Assembly (NCBI RefSeq): GCF_018350175.1
Contig: NC_058374.1
Location: 82,894,001-82,958,000, forward strand
Direction: 5' to 3'
Source of the DNA: Felis catus
Taxonomy: Eukaryota
DNA length: 64,000 bases
The notes beneath the pieces are model-generated. The model did not search any database. It had not been told where the DNA came from and saw nothing but the letters and a program-made list of their open reading frames with translations. A program made the position numbers and the translations under genes. Shown piece by piece: positions 13,920 to 24,769 of this stretch; the stretch's first letter is position 1; each line of letters begins with the position of its first letter.

Positions 13920-14951
13920 GGGGTACCTGGGTGGCTCAGTCAGTTAAGCATCTAACTTTGGGTTTCAGCTCAGGTCATGATCTGTTTGTGAGTTTAAGCC
14001 CCACGCTGGGCTCCATGCTGACAGTGCAGAGCCTGCTTGGGATTCTCTCTCCGCCCCTCCCCCACTTGCTCAGTCTCTCTCTCAAAAATAAATAAACAAA
14101 CTTAAAAAAATATATATCTAACCTGCTGACCTAACAGGATTGTATCAGGATCAAATGAGATATACCCTGGCAATATACACATTAAGTTAGCTGCCTTAAA
14201 ATGTAAATGAACTGATTCATGAGTTAATCATATATATACATAATTTATGATTATCAAGTATGAACATCCTCTCTGGAAATTACAATGTGGGTGAATCGAG
14301 ATATGGTCCTGAGGGGTTGGGTGAACTTCCATCTCTCCATCTACCATGTGGAATCTCTATCCCAGCCCCATATTCAGAATGCCAGATCAGCATGTAACCC
14401 AGCTCCATTGTGTGGACAGTTTCATAGGACAAAGGCCCCAGCATAGCACAAGCCAGCCTAGCAGCCCCTTTGGCTAGCTCCTGAGGGCCCCCCTTCTCTC
14501 TCTTTCTCTGGTTATGCTTTGCTGACTGCTGACTCCTGGCAAAGTCCAGAACAATCACCAAGCTCTGTGCATCATCCCTCTCCCATCCATAGTTAAGGGC
14601 TCCAATTAGCACTTGGATCAGGTGAGAGCTCCCACATATTAGAAATGGGCTAATTCAAGAAACAGAATGAAAATAGACTGAAACATCCTGTACTTGGCTC
14701 CTTCTCCCCTTCTTTTCATAGGGAGTCAGATACAACTCTAAGCCAGGGAGACCAGTGCTCACTATGGTTAGGTTCTGTTCTAAGTAGTTAATAGTATGTG
14801 TGTTATCTCACGTACTGGTTTTCCCTAGGACTGCACAGTTTATTCCCTACTTATTCTATTGACATCCTATCCTTGGATGACTTCACCTATGTCTGCTCTC
14901 CCTCAAAAATTATTTTTTTAATTAAAAAATTTTTTTTCAAAGTTTATTTAT

Positions 14952-15001
<50 letters not shown>

Positions 15002-15780
15002 CCCACAAGCTGGGAGGGGCAGAGAGAAGGAGAGAACAGAATCCCAAGCAGGCTCCGCATCATCCATGCAGAGCCTGATGCAGGGCTTGAACTCATGAAC
15101 TGCGAGATCATGACCTAGCCGAAATCAAGAGCTGGATGCTTAACTAACTGTGCTACCCAGGCACCCCTCTCCCTCAAAATTTATATCTATATATTTACAG
15201 AAAATTTTCAGCTGGGTGTCCTATGGACACCTCAAATACAGCCTGTCTGAAACAGAATGGATTATCTTCCCCCCATTCAAACATGCTTTTCTTCTGTATC
15301 CAATCATTAAATCAGAAACCTATGAATCAACTTTGATTCCTTCCCCTATCCTCCCATTTTCACCTAACCAGTCACCACCAGAACTCTACCAATTCTGTCT
15401 TTTAGATGACTTAACCCACACCATGTCCCACCTGAGAACTCTATATCCTGTTTGACCCTGTTTCTGGTCTCATTCCCTCTCCAATTCATTCTCTATGTTG
15501 CTGTCAGCTTTATCTTTATAAAAACACCTGTAATTTGTCATTTCCCTGGGTCCCTTCAACAGCTCCTGAACATCTGAAAGACATTACTATGGGGTGCCTG
15601 GGTAGCTCAGTCAGTTAAGTATTTGAGGTTAAGCGCCTGACTCTTAATTCTGGCTCAGGTCATGATCTTACAGTTCCTGGGATCAAGCCCTGAGTCAGGC
15701 TCTGCACTGCCATTGCAGTTGGAATTGCAGTTGGGATTCTTTCTCTCCCTTTCTCTCAAAATAAATAAATAAACATCAAA
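13920..15780. mobile_element. Three CAN-SINEs (13920-14110 +, 14915-15166 -, 15591-15780 +) with probable L2/MIR remnants
   Basis: Consensus heads and tails visible. Confidence 0.75.
14955..14998. repeat. (GA)n microsatellite within a SINE
   Basis: Direct observation. Confidence 0.9.
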
Positions 15781-17369
15781 TTAAAATACATTACTATAAA
15801 TACAGGACTCCTCATAATTTACCCTCAACTTTTCCAACTGTTCTCCATATCTCTGCAGCATGAGGCCCTGGCAATTTTGTACTTCTTGTGGCTTCTCAAA
15901 TACTTCATTCTGTTTCATTACCCAGTGCTTTAGCAGAAGCTGTTCCCTACACCTTGAATGTCTTTTTCCCTTTCATATGTCAAGTGAAACCCTATCATTT
16001 CTTAATTATTATGCATGGAAACGTTAAGAATTAATTACTTGTACATTAGCAACGAGGTAGGTAAATCATCTCAATGACGAAGGTGAGTTTTTATCAGATA
16101 GATGGTCAGTCTGTGAAAGTAAAATAATACAACACATGACAGGCAAGAAGCTATTTCCTCAGCAGGGAATAAAGTAACAGAGGTGTATCTAAGTGACAGT
16201 GTGAGAAATCTGCAATGATTGCTTCAGCTCTCACACCTAGGATGGAAACAAAGGAGAAAAGCTACAGAAACAGAACTCAGGAACTTTCTTCTCATTACCC
16301 CCAAAATACAAAGTACTGAGAGAGCAGGACTTTTCAGAAGGAATGCTCTCCTCCATGCCTTCGCTCCTAGGCTTAGGAGGAACATAAACCACTCTTCTCA
16401 GACACATTAGGCAGGATGTGTGAAGGCTGGACCAGGCTGACCCCTGGTGGAGAGAATGAACCAGTCATTGCACTCCAAGAATGTGATCGCAACACTTTCT
16501 CCCTTTATCCTCGTTCATTTACTAATTCAAAAACAACAGTACTTACCCTGTGTTTAGGGTAAAACCGAGGCCTTAGGTCACAGAGAACAAAGGGCTTAAT
16601 CGCCATTCCTAAGATTTCTTAAGAAACCATTCTTAATTCCCATTCTTAAGAATCTAATGGGTGAGATAAGTAGCTGCCCCTTTAAATGTTCTCTTCTCGG
16701 CAGCCCTAGGGAGAGTGGGAGTCGTTAGGCGGCTAATGCAGTTAAGTAGTCCAGGGGAGAAATGTGATGGGGATTGAACGACCATCAGATATATGTGAGG
16801 GAGACAAATCCAAGGGCTTCCAGGTTTCTGGCTTGGGCAACTGGTTGGTTATGGGTTGCAGTTCACAGGGTCAGGGAACCTACGCGGAGGAGGAATGGTG
16901 TGTAAGAAGACGAAGTAAGTTTTAGACACGTTAAGTTTGAGGTCACGGGAGGGATGGGAGTGGGCTACATTCAGGTAGAAATCTCTAATAGGTTGTTGGG
17001 ATATACAAATGGGATATACAAATCAGGAAAGAAATATGGGGTAGGGATTTAAAGTCCTTCTCCAGTAACTCTGAACATATAAAAACCAACGTTTACAGTA
17101 TTTACACATTATTATAAAACAGCCTGCTACTTAACCTAGTGGTTATTTGTCAAGTTGTATTCTAGGTTATGCTCTCGTTTAATTTTTGTCAAGGTCTAAA
17201 GGGTTATTTTTTACAAATGAGAACACTTAAGGATCAGATTAAGTGATTTGCCCAAGGTCACACAGAGGAGCTAGGTTTGAATCCGATTACTGTTTAATTC
17301 TAAAATCTATACTTTCTGACGTCTTGCTACACCGTCTTTCTAAAGGTCCTACTTGGTAAAAACGTGAGC

Positions 17370-17670
17370 AGCACTGCCGGAAAAAAAACGAAATAAACCG
17401 TACCAAGCGCATGCGGACCAAGAACACATTTCACTAAGATGGCGGCTCCCCTGCTGGACGCAGGCTCCCTTACGTCATCACACTGCGCGGCCGCCTTTCG
17501 CGCACCACGTCGGAAAGTAGCAGGCGGGCAGATGGCCAGGTCCCAGGCCAGAGGGCGTGCCCTATTCATCCCTGGCGCAAGATGGCGCTGCCTTTTGCAC
17601 GTTCGCTGTTCTTGTGCCGCTGGGGAGCTAAACGATTGGGGGTAGCCGTCGCGGAAGCCCGCAGAGGTAG
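17370..17670 (+). promoter_or_regulatory. SPRYD4: SPRYD4 CpG-island promoter
   Basis: NRF1-like GCGCATGCGG (17407-17416), YY1 AAGATGGCGGC (17436-17446), CRE-like TTACGTCA (17470-17477) and ETS-like CGGAA motifs. Confidence 0.7.
17582..17666 (+). CDS. SPRYD4: SPRYD4 exon 1 (coding part)
   Basis: AAGATGG start; Arg-rich presequence-like peptide; donor GAG|GTAGG, phase 1. Confidence 0.93.
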
Positions 17671-18520
17671 GATTATCTCTTTTACTCTCTTTTATCTCCA
17701 AAATGGTTTCCGTTATTCCCGAGAGTCCCCTTGGGTCTCTCCCTGATCTGCTTTGGTCTTGAGAGTCCAAACCTGGGACACAAGCTGGCTTTTTTTTTTT
17801 TTTTTTTATCCCGAGGCTTTTCCAGTCTGAAAGCCCATATTGAAGCGCCTCACTCTTGCCCGCGTGACATTTTTTCTGTTTCCTCGTGAGCGCATGACTG
17901 TTTCAGATCGTAATACGTATATATCACTAGATTTAGGGGTTTAGCGCTCGTCATCATCTAATCTCTTTGCTCTGCTCACAGGCATCAGTTTCAAACTGGA
18001 AGAAAAAACCGCCCACAGCAGCCTGGCGCTCTTCAAAGGTGACACAGGTGTCAAGTATGGCATAGTAGGATTGGAGCCCACCAAGTTGGCCCTGAATGTG
18101 GAGCGCTTCCGGGAATGGGCCGTAGTGCTGGCAGACACAGCAGTCACCAGTGGCAGGCACTACTGGGAAGTGACAGTGAAGCGCTCCCACCAATTCCGAA
18201 TAGGAGTGGCAGATGTGGATATGTCCCGGGATAGCTGCATCGGTGTTGACGATCGTTCCTGGGTGTTCACGTATGCCCAGCGCAAGTGGCACACCATGTT
18301 GGCCAACGAAAAAGCCCCTATTGAGGGCATGGGGCAGCCAGAGAAGGTGGGGCTGTTGCTGGAGTATGAGGCCCAAAAGCTGAGCCTGGTGGATGTGAGC
18401 AGGGTTGCTGTGGTCCACACGCTACAGACAGATTTCCGAGGTCCAGTGGTACCTGCCTTTGCCCTATGGGATGGAGAGCTGCTGACCCACTCAGGGCTTG
18501 AAGTGCCTAAAGGCCTCTAG
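17582..18520 (+). CDS. SPRYD4: SPRY domain-containing protein 4, 2 exons, 207 aa
   Basis: Exons 17582-17666 (85 nt) and 17982-18520 (539 nt) sum to 624 nt; MALPFARSLFLCRWGAKRLG...GRHYWEVTVK...LEVPKGL*. Confidence 0.96.
17982..18520 (+). CDS. SPRYD4: SPRYD4 exon 2 (B30.2/SPRY domain)
   Basis: ctcacag|GC ATC AGT TTC; ISFKLEEKTAHSSL...GRHYWEV...VGLLLEYEAQKLSLVDV; TAG at 18518-18520. Confidence 0.96.
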
Positions 18521-19557
18521 TATGTGTTTCATTGGAGTGCCCAATCAAGCTCTAACTTGGGTAGCCTCCTGGTGAAACTGTCTGAAGCCTTTTAATTTTG
18601 CCGCTAAGCAACCTCCAACTCCTGCAATTCAGTGTTAGGCCCTCTGTGCAATATCTTAGTCTTTTTCCTTTCCCCTACCCTGTGAAAACTAGGCACACAG
18701 CCACCCTCTCCCCTCCCCCAATCTACTGCCAGTTTCCTAGGCTACCCTGCGTGTACTTAATGTGACTGGCTTCCTTCGGTCCCTCTGCCTCCCTGTGCCC
18801 AGACCTCAGACTGCATTCAGTCCCGGGGTCTTAGCTTTCAACTTTGAATTGATTCATCACTGTGATACCTCTGCCTCCCTCTGCCCCCATGTGATTCCCC
18901 CCTCCCCCCACCTTGGGGCTCTACAGAATCTCTCCAGAGTAAATCCTTTCTACCTCTGGCTGGAGGAGTGGTACAATGACTTGGCCCTTTCCCTGTAGCA
19001 CATGCAGAGTTGACTCTGGCTCCCCAGGAAGTTCTTTACTGTCTCTGAATGAAACAGAGCCCTTCTTTCCTAGTACCTCAGTGCCAGACTCTCAGCCCCA
19101 CACTGCTGCAGCTATCACCACCCAGAGTCCATCTGCCTTAATCTGCACATCCCTGACATCTGGTCAATCCATTATAATCATTGGGCCAGTTACAACCATG
19201 ATCAAAGGAGACCAGATACTTGTGCCACAGTTGGAACTTCCAGAGGGAGGTGGGAGGCCTGAGGTCTTGCACAATCCCTTTTTGAGCCTGCTCAGACCCA
19301 AGCCCTATTACCACCCACTCTCCCCTCCACCCCCTCCAGCAGTTGCTGTATCCTAGCAACTCTAGGATACAGTTAACCTAGAGTAGTATTTAGGGTTGAC
19401 GAAAACGTGGTGGGATGAGTATGTATGTGAAATATGTATTGTTTGGGCTCTGTCTGACCTTGTGGTTCCCTCTTATTCTACCTTTATGATGGTGACACAG
19501 CTGGATGCCCCTGTGGGAGAGAGAGAAGGAGTGGGCTTAACAATTATAATTTGTGTA

Positions 19558-19570
19558 ATTAAAGTTTATT
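19558..19570. terminator. Adjacent opposite-strand poly(A) signals: ATTAAA (+, SPRYD4) and AATAAA (-, GLS2)
   Basis: Sequence ATTAAAGTTTATT lies between the convergent stop codons at 18520 and 20067. Confidence 0.65.
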
Positions 19571-20066
19571 TGAGCACAAAATACTTTCTCTGTCTAAAAA
19601 ATTAGCAGTAGCAGCAGTACTTCCTGGCTAAGGAGGGCAGACCTCTCCAGACTATTAAAGTCTGGTGCATAGCTGTCCCACTTCCTTTGTGGATACATAC
19701 CTGTACATGGTGGCTAGGGCCCCTTTACCAGAGCATCTCTGTCTCTCTCTTGATGTTTTTTAAAGAAAGGGAGAGGGGACCTGGGTGAAGACCTGGGATG
19801 ATTTTGAGTGGGCTAAACCATTAGGCTGTACCTCGAAGAAAGTCAGAGTCTCCATGGATTGCTCTACTGCATGGGTCCACCAAGGCACTTCTCTATACTC
19901 TGTCTGCCAAGGGAATGGGGTATTTTCACTCTCACAGAAAGCAGTAGCCTAAGTCTTGGTCCCCACTGAAGCAGTGCGGCTCTCCATAGCATGTTTGGTG
20001 GTTATGGGTTAAGTGTGTGGCCAGTCATGCTATTTCTTGAGCAGGTACTGTATGTGCACCCCATGC

Positions 20067-20223
20067 TCACACCATGCTCTCTAAGTTCTCCTTGGACAGG
20101 GCCTCGGCCGCTGCTTCGGCCTGAGTCTCAGATGGTGTATAGGAGTCCTGGTAATCCTGAAGCAGTTTCACCACCTCCAGGTGGTTGAACTGCACAGCAT
20201 CATCCAGGGGAATGTTGCCCCAC
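20067..20223 (-). CDS. GLS2: GLS2 exon 18 (coding part)
   Basis: [24 protein letters not shown]...KENLESMV*; TGA at 20069-20067. Confidence 0.96.
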
Positions 20224-23200
20224 CTGAAAGGAACAAAGCCCATGATCAGGCAAAGAAGACATTGAGAACGCTATGGTTAAATAGTGACTGTGGTGGCTGG
20301 AGGGCAGTGGGAGAAAAGCTGCTGCTCAGCCGTCCTTTTACCTTAATCCTACTCACCTGTCCTTAACAAAAGGATTCACTTTGCAAGCCTCAATCAGGAA
20401 TTTAACAACTTCGATGTGTCCTAGGAATATGGGCAGAAGGAAAATGAGATGGCACAGATCCTGAACCTTTTGGTGTTAACATTAGTATAGACTTTTGGCA
20501 GCTGGAGTCTGAACCAAAATGGGAAAGGCCTCTTCCCATTTTGCTCCCTGAAGCACCCAATAATAGTTGGCCTGCAAACTGCAGGGCATCTGGACAAAAC
20601 CAGTTCCTTCCCTTGTAACCTTAAGGGCACATGCGATAGGGATTACTCTTGTTAGAAAAGAAAGGCTCTTAGGGGGTGCCTAGCTGGCTCAGTCAGTAGA
20701 GTATGCAACTCTTGATCTCAAGGTTGTGAGTTTGAGCCCCATGTTGGGAGTAGTTTACTTTAAAAAAAAAAAAAAAAGAATAAAATATAAAAAAAGAAAG
20801 GGTCTTCCCCTTTTATTTAACCTTTAGATACCTTCAGCTGCAGCAACATGCAAGGCTGTGCGGGAGTCATAATCTTTCTGTTCCATGTCCATGGCTGACA
20901 AGGCAAACCTGAGGGTGGTGGAAAATAGCTAGAGTTACCCAGATCAGCCTAGAATCACTAGTGTCTTTTCTGAAGTGGGGTCAGACTGGATGGATTCCAG
21001 AAAAAGTAAAACAGAGCTTATGGTAAGATCTGTAGACTCTGAGTAATCATGTTCTATACCCAGATGAGACTGTTACTCCTGAATCAGACGGGTGTGATGC
21101 TTCCAGAAACATCACTACCTACATGTTTGCTGATGTTGGTGATCTACTTGAGGCAAGGTCCTTAATTACTTCCAAGGATTCTGCTCTTAACACCCAGGTT
21201 AATCCTAACAGTGACTACTGTTAATTAAATTCTTATCACATGGCAGTCACTGTACTTAAAATAATCTCCTTAAAAATTTTTTTTCTTTAGTGTTTTTATT
21301 TTTGAGAGAGACAGAGCATAAACGGGGGAGGGGCAGAGAGAGGGAGACACAATCTGAAGCAGGCTCCAGGCTCCAAGCTGTCAGCACAGGGCCTGATGCG
21401 GGGCTTGAATTCACAAACCGCAAGATCATGACCTGAATGGAAGTCGGATACTTAACCAACTAAGCCACCCAAGGGCCCCTAAAATAATCTCATTTAAATG
21501 CAATCTGTGCTATTTTATCTGGCTCTAAAGCTGAAGCACTTAACTATTTTGCTGTGTTGACTCCTAATGAGATCTCTGACCAGGAGTATTTTAGTGTGTT
21601 TATTTAGTACCTTCGAAGAGCTGAGACATCTCCACTATAGGCAGCAAATAATAGGTTCACCACAGTCTTGTTCTGGAAAACAAATTATACCCACCTTAGA
21701 TTAACTGTGACTTTGAGCTCACCCATGCCCAGCTCTACCCTGTGACCCTTCTACAAAGATGCTTAGCCAAGGGTATTGCTAAAGCATTATGGAATGTTAT
21801 ATTCTGAAATATTCTTATAAGCCACCTTGGGTTTTCCTTACCCGAACTTCTCCCCCTTCACGCCGTGGGTCTAACTTCCGAGCACAATGCCTCAGGTTGT
21901 CATAGTTGTGGAAATTGAAGAGAGACACCAACTTCTAGAATCATAAGCCAAAGAGATTGTTTACTTACTCCCTGCACTTCGTAGAAGCTCAAAATTGTTT
22001 CATTTACTCATTCAAAAACATTAAGTCCTACATGCAAAGTAACTCACCTGGCAGAAGCTGATGCCCCTGTGGCTGTTCCCTAGCTTGTCCAGTGGAGGTG
22101 ACAGACACATCATTCCCATGACATTAGGTACTACTAGGAGGATGGCTCCTGACACAGCTGACTTGGCTGGCAGGCCCACCTTGGGGACAAAGTTGAAACT
22201 GAGGATAAGCTAGAGGTGCCCCCAAGTCCAGATTAATAAGTTAGTCTATCCCAAATGACTGCATAGGCAAAGCCATATCCATCTCAACCTTTTGGCTTGT
22301 TCATTAGCTTCTTTTCTTACTAATCTCCTGCCCTCTCTCCCTTAAATTAATGGCTTCAGTAAGGAAATATTTGTTGAGTGTCTATGCTGTGCCTGATGCT
22401 GCCCTAGAACTAGGACAGTATCATTTGACTTCATTCTGGTGGTAGGAGATACATCATCAACAGAGAAAAATAACCACAGCTTGTGGGAAAACACAGGAGA
22501 AATGAAGTAGGGTGCAGGGATAGAGAATGAAATGGGAGGGGGGCCTACTGGAGACAGGATGGTCAGAAAAGCCTCTCTGAGGAAGTGGCATCTAAACTGA
22601 GACCTAGAGAAGTGCCAGGCACGTGAAGAGCAGCAGCAGAGTGGCTTAGAAGCTGCAGCATCATGTATTGATGTGTTTGAGGGATTTGGTGTGTTTGACA
22701 AACTCCCCTAAGGATTCTCAGCCTAACTGCCTGGCTGGAAGCTACTGAATGACAGGCAGGAACAAGCTTCCATCCTCAACTTTGAGAGACTCCGTGTCCT
22801 CATGTCTCGGCTCTGGACTGGTGGCAAATGGATGGCAGGGCCAGCAGCACTCACATGGAAGGCAAACTGGCCTGAGAAGTCGTACATGCCGCAGGAATGC
22901 ATGAGGCTGAGGGTGTTGCGCACTGCTTCAGCGCTCAGCACGCTCTCTCCTGTGATGGGGCAGATCCCGCCATTGGCCAGGGTGGCTGCCATGACACTGC
23001 CTGACTCACAGGTCACCTCCACGGAGCACAGCTATGGAGACAAGGCAGAGGTGAGGGTGCAGTGTGGATGTGAACACTGTGCTCTTGGGTCTAGAGCAAT
23101 GTTCTTGGCATCCTGATCTTTCAAAAAGTTCCCCTGGTGTTTCTGAAGGACACCAGAACCACTGAAAAGGAGCATCCCTCTTGTGGGTGAGAGCAAGGAT

Positions 23201-24730
23201 GGCAGTCTGTCCTGTTCCTTTGGCCCGGAGCTAAACAGAAGTGTTTCCTCACCTGGAAATAGAGATCAAGGGCAGCCATCATGTCCACCCCCTTAGGAAA
23301 GCACTGTAAGAAAGAAGAAGGGAGAGCATTTCTTTTCAGGCCATCAGCAGATCCTGTCACATTGCCAGGATCTCAAGCAAAGTCCCCAGCCCCAGTTGCC
23401 CTTCCACCAGCTGCAGAATTCCCGGGGACTTGATATGCCGGCCTCTCCCAATTACCTTCTTTTCCTTTAGATAGTAGCCAATGGCATAATTCCGATCCCC
23501 TGTTTCCTTCTCTGACTGGAATCTGAAGCAAACACTGAATTTAGTACTTGATGTTTGAGGGAGGGTGTAAGGAGAGGGGAAAAATACCTTCCTTGAGAGA
23601 GACAGAACTAGATCACATATGTCAAACTAAATCAGCCCCTCTATAAATTCTCACAGTAATACTGGAGGAAACTTCTGACCCTGAGGAAACACTGGGCTAA
23701 ACTTTATTGTAAAGCATAAAAAAACAAACCAAACCCAAAATGGGTCATCTAGTTTGGGAAAACTGATGAGCATTTTGGACTTGAGGGACTTGTCAAGAAA
23801 GGGTTTAAGAATAAGCCCTCATACTGCCTCTCTTAAGTACTAAGTAGAAATGGAGGGATGCCTGGGTGGCTCAGTTGGTTAAGTGTCAGACTCTTGATTT
23901 TGGCTGAGGTCATGATCTCATGATTCATGGATTCAAGCCCCACGTCTGGCTCTGTGCTGACAGTGCAGAGCCTGCCTGGATTCTCTCTCTCTTCTCTGCC
24001 CCTCTCCTGTTCACGCTTGCGCACACACGCACCCTCTCAAAATAAATAAAAACTTAAGAAATGGAACAAGTTTTTTTACAAAGTAAACATGTCAATGAAG
24101 GGACTCTGAGGAAGCTATGTGGCCAAAATTCCCCTGGATTTCTTGCTCTTAAGATTTATCACCACCCCACCTTCTCTATCACACACATGCACACACAAAC
24201 ACACCCCACAATGTATTCATCCAATCCTATGAACAGAGCCTTACGTAGCATTGCTGAAACCCATGTATTCGTTCCCAGCCATTTTGTTCAGATACTGTAA
24301 TACCTAAAAGAGAAAAAGGAGCATGGAAGGCACCACATGAGAGAGAACCTCTACTAAACACATACTAGCCTGCCTAACTTTTTTGAACTCCTCAGTCCTT
24401 ATCATAGCAGGGACTCAAGAGGCTTTTTCCCTCTGAGGCCACAGATCTCCACACCTCTGGAAATAAAGCTTCTAGTATGGGCTGGTGCATTATCAAAGTG
24501 GGGTTAGAGCCACGCACTGGGACACCTGGAAAGGATAACATGCCATCGAGAAAAGCAGCCAGGAGCTGAGTAGCAAGGGAACTTACAAAATCAAACTTCT
24601 CTGCTTTGTTACAGTCCATCTGCAAAGAAAGAGAGAGAGAGAGAGAGAGATCAGCATTCCAAACCTAGGAGGATGACAGGAGTGCCAGGAGGACCTAGTG
24701 GAGTTAAGGTCTTAGACTGGTTTTGCTAGT

Positions 24731-24769
<39 letters not shown>

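Noticed and set aside
17327-18420. Antisense ORFs of 147 and 154 aa over SPRYD4
   Set aside because: Shadow frames in GC-rich or coding DNA.
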